NCBI GenBank assembly: GCA_000165345.1
Contig: CM000431.1
Coordinates: 32,001-96,000 of the forward strand
Direction: 5' to 3'
DNA: 64,000 nt
Positions 20,679 through 31,297 of the stretch are shown here, in pieces. The translations under genes and the position numbers were made by a program. The notes under the pieces were generated by a model. It searched no databases. It saw only the letters and a list, made by a program, of their open reading frames with translations, and had not been told where the DNA came from. The first letter of the stretch is position 1, and every line of letters begins with the position of its first letter.

Positions 20679-21176
20679 TTAACAGCATCCTGGAGAGTAC
20701 TTTGATGGCCTTGAAGTATTTGTGGGGGAGACTCCTACTGTTGTGTACCCTAAATTCTGACTTGGAACAAATCCATAGCTTGCGTATGCAGCACTCATCT
20801 GAGGGCTTGAAGTCATAACTGTGGGTGACAGTACTGTTGCAGGAACCGCAACATAAGGAGTTGCAGATGAATAAATAGAAGTATCTAAAATGTACTGAGC
20901 TGGAGGAACTGCATAATAGTTGCTAGGTGAAACTGAAGTTGATGGAGGTTGCAAAACTACTGGAATTGATCCTACTGATCCATTGTAGGGGCTAGAAACT
21001 CCTGAACTAACCTGCTCATATCCAGATATAGAACTTTGTTGTAATTGTGGCTTAGGGTACATTGTTTTCTTTGAGGTGGTTGTTTGTGTGTTTGGTGAGG
21101 TTTGAGTTTGTGTACCTGTACCTTGGTTATAGGTCTGCGCTCCTTGTGTTACTGTTGAAGTTGATAAGTTTGACAT
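20679..21176 (-). CDS. Candidate small S/T/P/Q/Y-rich protein (165 aa) ending in ...SPGCC
   Basis: ATG ORF with higher local GC than the flanking intergenic DNA. It lacks a signal peptide and has a terminal Cys-Cys. It is low-complexity, so a chance ORF cannot be excluded. Confidence 0.35.
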   Translation of the reverse strand: MSNLSTSTVTQGAQTYNQGTGTQTQTSPNTQTTTSKKTMYPKPQLQQSSISGYEQVSSGVSSPYNGSVGSIPVVLQPPSTSVSPSNYYAVPPAQYILDTSIYSSATPYVAVPATVLSPTVMTSSPQMSAAYASYGFVPSQNLGYTTVGVSPTNTSRPSKYSPGCC

Positions 21177-21765
21177 TTTTTAGCTTAGCTTGTATTTTCT
21201 ACGATATTTCTAGTTATAATAATATTCAAACTATTTATTATAGCTATTTGTATCCTCATTTGCAACTGAATTTGCAAAACTGCTATTTAATGAAGTATCC
21301 TTTTATGGCGCTAACAAATTAGATCGCTCTGCTTGCATAAAACTTTACTCTTTTTCGAGGTTAGTTAAATTAGAATAAGAAATTGACTGACTTTATTAAT
21401 TAAACATAGTTGAATATTTAATCAATCATTAAAATTTGCTTATTAAATTTTTGGCTTGCTATCTTTTGAATTAAATATTTATTTAGGAAATACTGAATAT
21501 AGTTTCGGATAAAAGTCTCAGATTGTGACTCTCTTGTTAAAATATTCTTTAGCTTATTATTTATAAATAAAATGATTTTAATTATTGTTTAGAGTTTGAA
21601 AACAACTTCTCAATTTGAATAGATTATATTAGAAGTCTATTTCTAACTCTAAAAACCGTCAACATCTGGTAATAGGTTGAATTTTCTACCCTCTTGCAAT
21701 CTTTTCTATATCTTTACCTTGAATTAAAGCAACAATTCTGTGATAAAGGCAAATCGACACGTGCT

Positions 21766-21805
21766 AGGCGGGAACATGCATGCAGAAAAAGTGGCGCATG
21801 CAAAA
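21766..21805. promoter_or_regulatory. Dense motif cluster upstream of the CLU-like gene: AGGCGGGAAC (E2F-like), ACATGCATGCAG, GTGGCGCATGCAAAA
   Basis: Three motifs lie in 40 bp, 130-170 bp upstream of the ATG at 21934. Confidence 0.5.
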
Positions 21806-21933
21806 GGAAAAAATTGCTAATCCACTTGTGCAATAATGTCGGTATGCAAAACAATTAAAAATTAAGTACCAATATAGAATTAAATGATAATATAGGCATT
21901 AAATAGTAATAATTAAGGAGGAATATCTTCATA

Positions 21934-24900
21934 ATGGCTTTAGAAAGGGATATTTTTGAAGATCTGGGGAGCAGTTCTGCCTCAATGTTGGTGGTGTCTG
22001 TGGGGAGTTTGAAGTTATATTCCAAAATACTAAAGCTCTTACCAGGCACATTCAAAATTGCATTGTGTGTGGGCTTAAGGCATGAACCAATTAAAGATGT
22101 CTCCTGCGTAACAAAAAGAAGAGTTTTTGCAACTTTGAGCAGATACCATAATGGGAGTGATGCTGAAGCGGACCAGATTGAGCATCGAATTCAGCATAAC
22201 TTTGGAATTCCAATTCCATTTTGTCTAGATAACAAGGCGACAACCGTTCGTCTTGCTATTTTCTTGGTAATGAATGACAGATCACTTGTTCCAGTCTGTA
22301 GGTCAATGATAAGACTAAGTAGCACAAGAGATCCAACTACTGCAATGAAGTGGTTTCCACTAGTTAAGTATAATGGATTTACAGGGGTGGGTAGTGTTGA
22401 TAACACGGATGAGTTTGAAGTAATTGGGGAACCAGGGAAAGAGAAATTAGTAAAGAGACATTTGGTTGTAGGATCAATTCAAATACTAACTAGAAGAGTT
22501 TTACAAGAAAGAATTGGAAGACCAGATCTTCATGATGCTTTATGCTTTTCAACATTGTGTGACGAAAAAAAATCTAGGAAATCTTTGGCAGAACAATACG
22601 ATGACTCTTCTTCTGAATACAACTTTTCAGAAAAAGATTTATCTTGTAACGAGCTTGATGAGGAAAAAGATAATTTATTTAACGGTAAATATACATCTAA
22701 AATAAAAGGTTGTTATTTAGAGTCTTCGATTGAGTCATTGGAAGATAAAATCCCTTTCCCTTTTATACAATTTAAAGATATTTTATCAAAATATCCAACA
22801 TTGCAAAATATTTTCCATTTAATGCCATTATATAATCAAAAGATTAATAAGAGAATACTTATGTTGCAAAAAAGAAATAAAAATGCTAAAGTTGTTTTAA
22901 TTGGAGATGATTTTAGTTCAAATTATAGGAGTGGGATATCTATGCCTATAAAAGTCCCATCTTCAATTGAGAATATTATGAGCAGTTCTTTGGACTGGAA
23001 CACTTGGTTTTGCAAATCCGTTGATATTGCAATCATGCAAAGTGTTGAAGCTTATAGTAAATCAACTATATTTCCATCTACAAGTAAGTACAAGGCAGGA
23101 AAATGCGATATGAACAAGAAATCAAGCTACAATTTTGTTGGAAACAAGATTTCGACTTACCACTTTGAATATTTCATGAAAAGTTTGGAGTCTAATATGG
23201 ATGTTCTTTTAGTTAATACCATTTTTGGTGCAGCAGCAACTGAGTTCTCAAGGGACATTATTGATGATGTAATTTTCAGAGGTAAGAATCAGGTAAGAAA
23301 GTTTACGCCTTATAAGAACTTGTTTGTAATTTGGGATTATATGATTAAAAGGAGCTATCAAGAGCTAGGAATGGATTATGACATTAAGCTGAATAACGAA
23401 GAAAAGATGGATGATTCAACTTTGGAAAACAAAGTTGGCGAAGAAGTTGTTGAAGTACTTAATATAAGTGATATTTCAGACACTGAAACCCATAACATTA
23501 AGATCCAGGAAACAAACTTTTGTAAACTTGAGAATGACTTTGAAGAATTTTCAGAAATTGTTGCTTTTGATGAAAATATACCTAAAGTTGCCGAAGATTC
23601 CTCTTCAGAAATTAGTCAAGACCAAGCAAATGAAACTATTCCTTTATATAACTCTTTAAAAAGGAAAGTCGTAGATTCAATTGAAAGGAGCCAAATAATT
23701 CCATTATCTGAGGATCATCCCTTCTCAAGTTTAAGGTTATTTGAAAATGATCGTGTATTCATACATCATAAAACAATCGGTAGAGGTTTACTCGGAATCT
23801 TAGTTCTTGGAGATAGTCAAACTTCGGCTGAGGATGCATCAAAGATATATACAAGGGAAATTTCTGCACATATGGCAATTAACGAAGCCATCTTAAGGAC
23901 TAAAGTAAAAAAAGCTATTAGGATCTACAATTCTATCTCTAAAGGAAAGATCCCCCCAAGAAAATTTATACCAAATTCAAAAGCTGTTATTGGGTACGAT
24001 GGCTATATTGATCCTAAATTAAATAAAAAATTAAGTGATTTTGAAATCGCCATGATTCTTCTTAAGGGTATTGATAAGTTCGTTAAGTGTAGCTCAGAAA
24101 TCCTCCATCCTTCAGTAAACTTGACTACAGTAAGTCCATCACTAATAACATGTGTAGATTATTCAGGATTTAGGATTGTAGTGAGACCACTGCCACCAAT
24201 ACCATTCACGATTTGCGATTGGCCATTACCAATACAAAGCAATGAGAGGGGCGAAATTTCCAATATTGAAAAATGCCTGAATATTAGCAATATTCTTCAT
24301 CCAACAAAGCTAATTTCAGAGATAAGGCATTTACCAATCTTGCTTGAGACTTCCATTGGAATTTTCAAGTATTACAACTTTCATCATACATATAATATCT
24401 TCCCAAGGGATCCTTGGGTTTCGGATGTTAAAGGAGAAAGAGTTAATTGGGGGAATTCTTCAACGGATGAATATTATCATAATTACGATACATTTTCGAA
24501 AAATAAACTCTTAAGCAGAAATAAATGCTGCACCATAAGGCCTCTTTTCATTAAACAAGCAGGAGCAGTTCAAGATATGCTCAAATATCAAGATACTGAT
24601 GAAAAGTTGAGGAGATTCCACTACACCCCTGATGATTTACACGAACTTTTCAGGAAAGAAATAGAGCCTTCTGGTTTTTGCTTAGTTTGTGCTTCGGATG
24701 TACAACAAAGGAGCTATGGATTTTTTAATATTAATAAAGAAGCTATGTTGTTTAAGCCAGTACCAATGAATTTAATTAGCAAGTTTACAGAAACGACAAC
24801 TAATTATTTAATCAAAATTAATGATGGTACTCATTGTAGCTTATGCGGAAAGTCTATGAGAGTAGAGACTCAAGCAAATTCTAATAATCAAATGGAATTG

Positions 24901-27900
24901 ATATCGTATATTGGAGACAAAATTCCATATCCAACACTCGGCCATTACGACGATGGAGCTGCGATAAAGATGAACAGAGTTAAGTTAATGACTTCTTATA
25001 TGCAATCATCTAGTGACTATTTCTCAGAATGGAGCTTCACTGAAGGCGATGTTTTTAGAAGAGATCAGATTTTCTGGGAAAGGAGGCCAGGATTATACTG
25101 CCTTCCAAGATCATGTATTAAAGGGGGGGGAAATTTGCTAGGAACAGGGCTGGATACAATTAAATATTTGCTATCTCAAGCAAAATTACTTTTGAATGCA
25201 TTTGATGACAATACAAGATTCTCTTCAGCTTCTGACTTTAATAGAGAAGAAAAACTCAAGATTGTGAAAGGTGTTGATGTTTTTGACGAACCAAAGAGAC
25301 AAAGCACAGTAAAGATATTCTTTGATGAGTCTAATATTGGCCAGGAGATTATACTTCTCTCAAATTCTCTGCATACAAATTGGATTGAAATAGTTTTGAA
25401 CCAGCTGGAAAGTATTCCAGCATTTGCACCTTATGATTCTGTGACTTTGGAGAATTTTCTTCATTCAAGAGGAGTGAATTGTAATATGCTAGGCCGGATG
25501 TTAAACTTCACAAGATCACCTTGGTTGAAACAACTATTTTCTATTGAAATAGTTTCTAGAACAATTAAGAATCTAATTCCCAGGCTGATTAAAACGTTAT
25601 TTTTACCAGGAGCAATCAGTTATATGAAGAAAGAAAGTGGAAATTTAGGGAGATATTGCCCTTGCCATAGCTCAAGTCCAAGTGTGTCTATGTTACACAC
25701 AATTTTCAAGATATATATAACTTCAACAAAGAGGAGGATAGGGAGTGAATGTATTATGATTAATAGCAGTGCTAAGGATTCAAGATCCAAGTTATTTTCA
25801 TCACAGTTCCTAAACACAGATGTAGTTGCAGATCAGGAAAAGGTGATTCATAGAGAAATGAAAAACGAAGAGAAAGATACTGCAAATAACAGTAAATCAC
25901 TAATGATTCAATCTCCAATCTATTGGAATGAGATTTTTAAAGCCCTAAATGAAAATAATTGGGATATTTTAAATGTTCATAATATAAAGATTAGTGAAAT
26001 ATCCAAACTTCTTGTTGATTGGGCTTCACAATTCTTTAATGTTGATGATAATATTTTAAGTTATACAAACAGAGAAACATTAAACTCTAGAAAAAAGGAA
26101 AATGATAAATTGGAATCAGAAAAATCAGATTTACGTCGGTTTTCTAGAGAGTTAATTCAAATGAATAAGATGAGCCTTCCATATTGGGTTTTGGAGTGTC
26201 TGTTTAGCTTAAACCAAAAAAGTTTAATTATGCTCAGAAGACATAGATTTCACCAAATTACAATTTTACAAGTAATGTTGACAAATTTATTCAACTTAAT
26301 TTTAGGAGACTCACCAAATTCACAGCTATTTTGGTCAACATGTATCTCAAAGTTATGCTCTTGGGAATTTTCTATTGCTGAAACTAGCATTTCCAAGAGC
26401 AAAATACCAATAGGAGCTTTATTCTATGCTTTAAAACATCATACAGGAGTCAAATTTTTCTTGGATATTAAAAAGTTAAAGGAAAATCTCCAGGATGATT
26501 CAACTTTTCCTATCAATTACGATGATTTTGATTCAGTTTTGCCTAAAGCAAAGAGAAAGAGTGAACAATACTTTTCTGAGAGTCTTCCAATTTGGGGAAT
26601 TTTAGAGACTCCAGAGATTATTAAATTGCCAAGATATAACAGCTTTTCTGTTATTTCCACCCCAACTATTTCACAAAAGTTAATAGCATTAAGTATAAAA
26701 CTTTCAGCAAGCTATTTTACAAATATTCAGTTCTTTTTGGATTATATGACCCATTCAGAGCAATTTCAAGGTGCTGAAAGACATCTTGTTAGACAGGATT
26801 GGATTGTACAAGAATCCTGGTTAGAACTTCTGGGATATTTCTCATATCTTGAATATGACAAAAAATGTATTCAAATTCTTAATAATGTAATCAACCTCTT
26901 TCCTCAGGATCATATTGCTTCAGTACAAATGAGAATTCTACAAATGTGGTCATATTCAAGATTAAGGAACATTGAAATATTCAAGAATACTGATTTTAAT
27001 GCATTAAATAACAATTTTGATCAGATCAGTATATCAGAAAAGTCTATACCACATGAAATCAGTGTTTCAACTCTAATTTTTGAAATCATTGATTTACATT
27101 GGTCAGTTATTCATCCTATAATTATTGATGTATATACTTCAACAGCCTTGATACATTTCTTAAGAGGAAACTGGAAATCTTGTGAAGAAATTTTGGAAAA
27201 AGCTATTACTAAGTCATTAGTAATTAGCAGTTGTTTTGACAGTAATAGTGATGTTTTTAGGCATTATAGCAAATTATTGTCTAGCAGAAAAAACTCCAAT
27301 TGGGAATTTGAAAATAATACGTTGGATTCAAATAGCTCCTTAAAGAACCGAATTTTGTTAAGTAATATCAAGTATGCAATAAACTCTAAGGATACTGATA
27401 AATCAATTATTCAAGGTATTTTTGGCCTTCATGGAAAGGATGAAAATGAATTAGAATATGAGTTATACCAAAGATTCCTTAATTCTAATCTACAGTATAT
27501 TCCTAGACTACTAAATACTATTGAAAATCCAAATCCAAACAGAATTCCAAAAACTCCCCCTAAATTGAGGATTGGATGGTTACTTAAACAGCTTGGACGA
27601 GTTAGACTGATACATGCATTACATTTGTACTATTTTAACAAAAACAATAAAGAATTTAGATTTTTAAAAGAAACTGATATTCAATCAACTGATAGTACTG
27701 AAGAATCTATCAATGAAAGTATTGGGAAAAATGAAATCAATACACTTGCTTTATTGGATGATTCGATTGAATCCATCTTGGAACTTTCTTGCTTTACAAC
27801 ACAGTGGGCATTGGATATATTTGATTATTACTTGGGAGCAACAACTCTTGAAACTGCAAGCTGTTGTTATGATTTGGCTTATGGACTCATCCTTCTTGAT

Positions 27901-30207
27901 AATATTATTAAAGATCAGATGTCCAGTGTACTTTTAAAGAGATCTTGTGAGCTTTTAATTGCTTCTTTTGATGTAAATAGCTCACTATTAATTCCTTCAA
28001 GCTTTGTATGTATTGAGAATCTTATACAATTGGCTTTGGTATATGAAAAACAAAATTCTTTCTCCTATTCTCTCAAAGTTTGGGAACTCGTTCTTGAACA
28101 GTTGACTATAAAATCACGTACTTTTGATGATATTGATTACAGAGTATTAAATGAATTTAGTATTGTAAGTTGGTGTACCCCAAACAAATATTTTAACATT
28201 CCATTGGATTTTGAAAGCAAATCAGATAATTTTTGTTTAAATCAGAGTCAGGCAATTATAAGAGAGTACATATCTATTAATCAAAATAAATGCCTAGAAA
28301 ATAATACAGGAAATGAGTATCTTCAAGGAGGTTTCTCTTCAAAAAATGGAAATAGCTTCAAAAGTTTGAGTTCTGATTCTGGTTCAAACTCTAATTTTAT
28401 TTCAGATTCAAAGTTTAGTTCTGAAAATTCCAAGAATCCTTTACCTAATGATATTACTCCTATAGAAAGTGGTTCTTTTGAAACTAACGGTCAAGAAATT
28501 GATCAAAATATGATTATTATTTCAGCAAAAAACATGAAAAAAGAGTCTTCTCAGTGGAATTTAAGAAACATCATAAGGTTATTATTTCAGACTAAGGAAA
28601 GAATGGTATATTTATTTATGAATGCTTGTAATGGTAATCAATACCATAAAAGACTTTTTAGATTATTTCTACTTGCTTCTTATTTAAAAAGAGGAGATAA
28701 ACTTGTAAATCTCAAAGATTGGGAACCAATTCTTTCACTTAACAGGAATTCTAAGGATGTGGATAAAAGCAGACTTGGATCCAGTTATAATGAAAAAAAT
28801 GCATCTGGATTACTTTTTAGTGTCATTTACGAAGCTAATTCTTGGCTTTATGAGACTGAAGAAACCAATCTAGCAGTTTCAACATTTATTGAAAACCATC
28901 CAACTAAGATTAATAGAGACAAATTATTTACTGGAGATGGGTATTCAGGACCTGTTTCAATTCTTTATAACAAAGTAATGGTAAACAATGAACTGACTTT
29001 GGGGTCTAGAATTTATGATTACAATAGTTATACCAAAGATTCAATGGAAAGTATTCAAATAAGAAATTATAATAGTAATGAACTTAGGCCAGGAGGAAAT
29101 GGACATAGGATTGGATCTATTAGAAGTAGCGATAATAAACATATTAAAAGAATAAATAAACAATACAGTGATATTAAAGCAAGTGGTATGGGAAGAACAA
29201 AAAGTAGTAATAAATTTAATGAAATGGATTTCTGTATGTCTGGAATGATGGTAATTAACTCATTAAACAATACTACAGGTGAATTATCTGAAAACAGTAA
29301 TCAAAGTTACGGAACAATGGACGAAGGTTTTGGTAAACTTAGACAATTTGAATTTGATAATGGTGAAAATAGTAAACAGATTAGCTCTTTGAGTATTAAT
29401 ATAGATGAAACAAAGTCTAAATCAAATCCTAGATATTTAGTTTCTCATATCAAAGAAAGTGTTGAAATTACAGCTATAGAGAATTTCTTTATTGATCTTA
29501 TCAAAGAAGCAGAAGATGATATAAAGTTTATATGGAAAAGTATGAAAGAGCAAATCAGATTATTTAAGACAGTAAAAAAGGATGAATTAGATGAGATACG
29601 TCGAATAAACTCAAGAATTCAGTATGAACAAAGAATAAGCAGGCTATCAAAGATTAGAATTAATGAAATTTTGAATGACAGTGGATCAAGTGAGATTAAA
29701 TATTTGGATTTAGATCTAGAAAGGAGTAATTTGGTTAAGAATATTAATGAATCATTTGAGCTTTCAAGTATTTCAGATGAGAGTTTTTCGATATCTTTTC
29801 CAATTTATAAAGCTAGTTTGATTGCTACAGATAATGAATCGAAGAATTTATTATCTAAATTGATGGTTTATAATTCAAAAAAAGCAACTTTTGACGATGA
29901 GTTTGAACAGATTGGTAATGATTCAAGTATTATATACAATTCATTATTGAAGAAGAATACTGTAATATATGATAAAACTATTATTCAAAGTGATTCAGAA
30001 GAAAGAAAGATGATAGATGGTATGAAATTAAATATGGAAAATGCTTTCTTTACAGAAAGCTCAGAATTTGATAATGTTGAGGATTATACAAAATCTTATC
30101 CTTTAAGTTATAGAAGTAAAGCTTTGGATATTTTAATTTCTCTAATATATTATACTACAGATTATAGAGACTACTTTTCGAATTGGAAGGATAATCGAAA
30201 GACTTGA
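21934..30207 (+). CDS. Giant (2757 aa) CLU-domain protein (clustered-mitochondria/TIF31-like) with long low-complexity extensions. The family assignment is tentative
   Basis: Uninterrupted 8.3-kb ATG ORF. The segment ...ITCVDYSGFRIVVRPLPP... resembles the CLU-domain core ...TAVVDYRGYRIVAQSIIPG.... The C-terminal half is helical and repeat-rich, with Asn/Ser-rich low-complexity insertions. Confidence 0.45.
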   Translation: MALERDIFEDLGSSSASMLVVSVGSLKLYSKILKLLPGTFKIALCVGLRHEPIKDVSCVTKRRVFATLSRYHNGSDAEADQIEHRIQHNFGIPIPFCLDNKATTVRLAIFLVMNDRSLVPVCRSMIRLSSTRDPTTAMKWFPLVKYNGFTGVGSVDNTDEFEVIGEPGKEKLVKRHLVVGSIQILTRRVLQERIGRPDLHDALCFSTLCDEKKSRKSLAEQYDDSSSEYNFSEKDLSCNELDEEKDNLFNGKYTSKIKGCYLESSIESLEDKIPFPFIQFKDILSKYPTLQNIFHLMPLYNQKINKRILMLQKRNKNAKVVLIGDDFSSNYRSGISMPIKVPSSIENIMSSSLDWNTWFCKSVDIAIMQSVEAYSKSTIFPSTSKYKAGKCDMNKKSSYNFVGNKISTYHFEYFMKSLESNMDVLLVNTIFGAAATEFSRDIIDDVIFRGKNQVRKFTPYKNLFVIWDYMIKRSYQELGMDYDIKLNNEEKMDDSTLENKVGEEVVEVLNISDISDTETHNIKIQETNFCKLENDFEEFSEIVAFDENIPKVAEDSSSEISQDQANETIPLYNSLKRKVVDSIERSQIIPLSEDHPFSSLRLFENDRVFIHHKTIGRGLLGILVLGDSQTSAEDASKIYTREISAHMAINEAILRTKVKKAIRIYNSISKGKIPPRKFIPNSKAVIGYDGYIDPKLNKKLSDFEIAMILLKGIDKFVKCSSEILHPSVNLTTVSPSLITCVDYSGFRIVVRPLPPIPFTICDWPLPIQSNERGEISNIEKCLNISNILHPTKLISEIRHLPILLETSIGIFKYYNFHHTYNIFPRDPWVSDVKGERVNWGNSSTDEYYHNYDTFSKNKLLSRNKCCTIRPLFIKQAGAVQDMLKYQDTDEKLRRFHYTPDDLHELFRKEIEPSGFCLVCASDVQQRSYGFFNINKEAMLFKPVPMNLISKFTETTTNYLIKINDGTHCSLCGKSMRVETQANSNNQMELISYIGDKIPYPTLGHYDDGAAIKMNRVKLMTSYMQSSSDYFSEWSFTEGDVFRRDQIFWERRPGLYCLPRSCIKGGGNLLGTGLDTIKYLLSQAKLLLNAFDDNTRFSSASDFNREEKLKIVKGVDVFDEPKRQSTVKIFFDESNIGQEIILLSNSLHTNWIEIVLNQLESIPAFAPYDSVTLENFLHSRGVNCNMLGRMLNFTRSPWLKQLFSIEIVSRTIKNLIPRLIKTLFLPGAISYMKKESGNLGRYCPCHSSSPSVSMLHTIFKIYITSTKRRIGSECIMINSSAKDSRSKLFSSQFLNTDVVADQEKVIHREMKNEEKDTANNSKSLMIQSPIYWNEIFKALNENNWDILNVHNIKISEISKLLVDWASQFFNVDDNILSYTNRETLNSRKKENDKLESEKSDLRRFSRELIQMNKMSLPYWVLECLFSLNQKSLIMLRRHRFHQITILQVMLTNLFNLILGDSPNSQLFWSTCISKLCSWEFSIAETSISKSKIPIGALFYALKHHTGVKFFLDIKKLKENLQDDSTFPINYDDFDSVLPKAKRKSEQYFSESLPIWGILETPEIIKLPRYNSFSVISTPTISQKLIALSIKLSASYFTNIQFFLDYMTHSEQFQGAERHLVRQDWIVQESWLELLGYFSYLEYDKKCIQILNNVINLFPQDHIASVQMRILQMWSYSRLRNIEIFKNTDFNALNNNFDQISISEKSIPHEISVSTLIFEIIDLHWSVIHPIIIDVYTSTALIHFLRGNWKSCEEILEKAITKSLVISSCFDSNSDVFRHYSKLLSSRKNSNWEFENNTLDSNSSLKNRILLSNIKYAINSKDTDKSIIQGIFGLHGKDENELEYELYQRFLNSNLQYIPRLLNTIENPNPNRIPKTPPKLRIGWLLKQLGRVRLIHALHLYYFNKNNKEFRFLKETDIQSTDSTEESINESIGKNEINTLALLDDSIESILELSCFTTQWALDIFDYYLGATTLETASCCYDLAYGLILLDNIIKDQMSSVLLKRSCELLIASFDVNSSLLIPSSFVCIENLIQLALVYEKQNSFSYSLKVWELVLEQLTIKSRTFDDIDYRVLNEFSIVSWCTPNKYFNIPLDFESKSDNFCLNQSQAIIREYISINQNKCLENNTGNEYLQGGFSSKNGNSFKSLSSDSGSNSNFISDSKFSSENSKNPLPNDITPIESGSFETNGQEIDQNMIIISAKNMKKESSQWNLRNIIRLLFQTKERMVYLFMNACNGNQYHKRLFRLFLLASYLKRGDKLVNLKDWEPILSLNRNSKDVDKSRLGSSYNEKNASGLLFSVIYEANSWLYETEETNLAVSTFIENHPTKINRDKLFTGDGYSGPVSILYNKVMVNNELTLGSRIYDYNSYTKDSMESIQIRNYNSNELRPGGNGHRIGSIRSSDNKHIKRINKQYSDIKASGMGRTKSSNKFNEMDFCMSGMMVINSLNNTTGELSENSNQSYGTMDEGFGKLRQFEFDNGENSKQISSLSINIDETKSKSNPRYLVSHIKESVEITAIENFFIDLIKEAEDDIKFIWKSMKEQIRLFKTVKKDELDEIRRINSRIQYEQRISRLSKIRINEILNDSGSSEIKYLDLDLERSNLVKNINESFELSSISDESFSISFPIYKASLIATDNESKNLLSKLMVYNSKKATFDDEFEQIGNDSSIIYNSLLKKNTVIYDKTIIQSDSEERKMIDGMKLNMENAFFTESSEFDNVEDYTKSYPLSYRSKALDILISLIYYTTDYRDYFSNWKDNRKT

Positions 30208-30384
30208 AATGAATAAAAATATTAATTATAAATAAAAGAGACAGAATTAAGCTGGGATAGTTCATTCATTTCAAAATTGTATATTAAAATATAAATATAA
30301 AGACTTATTATTCTATGTATTGTAAAATCAAGTTGTTATAGTAGTAATTCTGGAAGCATATTACAATAAAGAAGGATTCTAAAA

Positions 30385-31297
30385 TCATAGTTCCAAATCA
30401 GAGTCACTTTTGAGTCTTTTTGAACTTAAACAATTGATTTCATGATCTTGATTCAATTCGACATTGGAAGACTCTATATGTGGTCTTTTACTGCCAGTAA
30501 TATTAGATGCAGTTTCTGAGCAACTTAATTCAGTTTCAGAATGGTCGGGGTCTTCTATAATAATAGGACAAGAAACATTTACAAGCTATAAAAAAAAAAA
30601 AAAGTAATAAGAAAATAAGTAATAAAGATAAAATTGTTCAGTTCTTGAAAGAACTGAAAGATATTCGAGTTAAACATACCTTATCAAGAGCATAAAGAAA
30701 GCTTTTTGTGTTATTATAGCAATCTGGGAACAATAATAATTCACAAATTCTTTGAATTGTAGGAGGAAAATCAGTATGACAGTCAAAAGCTTCGAGAATA
30801 TCCATTAAAAAGTTCTCCAAAATAGACTTTCCACAATCTGGACAAGAATATTCAATATTTTTGTGGCGTGGAGAAACTTCATCTAAATGAGAGTTTTCTA
30901 AATTTGAATGTAGTTTGCAATTATATGGTAAATAGTCAAGCTGATCTAATCCTCCATATTTTTCAAACATTTGGTTACTTTTCAGAACAATTTCTTTCCT
31001 TAAAGCTTTTTTCAAGACCTTCCATTCAATTATTTCATTCTCATCTACATTAGATTTCATATTAAAACTTTTATCAACCCCCTCTTTTGATACTCTCTCA
31101 ATCATACTAAGATCATCAAAGTCTAAACTTGGTATTAATTCTTCTCTTGAATCAATTTTAATATTATCGGTACCGGTATTAATATTTTCGGTATCTATTT
31201 TGTGATCATGATCAAGATCTTGGAAAGAATTTGATTGATTATTGAAATGAAGAATCTCGGTATCATGGGTATCTTTAGTAGTAGAGATTGATTCCAT
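30385..31297 (-). CDS. PPP4R2: Protein phosphatase 4 regulatory subunit 2 (PPP4R2)-like, two exons: 31297..30680 and 30585..30385, with a 93-nt intron 30679..30586. Product is about 272 aa
   Basis: RHKNIEYSCPDCGKSILENFLMDILEAFDCHTDFPPTIQRICELLLFPDCYNNTKSFLYALDK matches human PPP4R2 [61 protein letters not shown] is followed by GTATGT. The acceptor lies after a 14-nt poly-T (TTTTATAG|CTTGTAAATG). The spliced continuation LVNVSCPIIIEDPDHSETELSCSE... parallels human NVMVVSCVYPSSEKNNS and runs into an acidic/Ser-rich tail, then TGA at 30385. Confidence 0.7.

Noticed and set aside
21062-21322. 86-aa + strand ORF overlapping the start of the S/T-rich 20679..21176 ORF
   Set aside because: It is hydrophobic and low-complexity, and it overlaps a more coding-like ORF on the other strand and the promoter region of the CLU-like gene.
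30638-30679. Candidate 26-nt mini-intron (GTATGTTTAACTCGAATATCTTTCAG) in PPP4R2
   Set aside because: Splicing there leads straight into stop codons. The 93-nt intron ending at TTTTATAG gives a continuation that matches the PPP4R2 family (LVNVSC... against human NVMVVSC).
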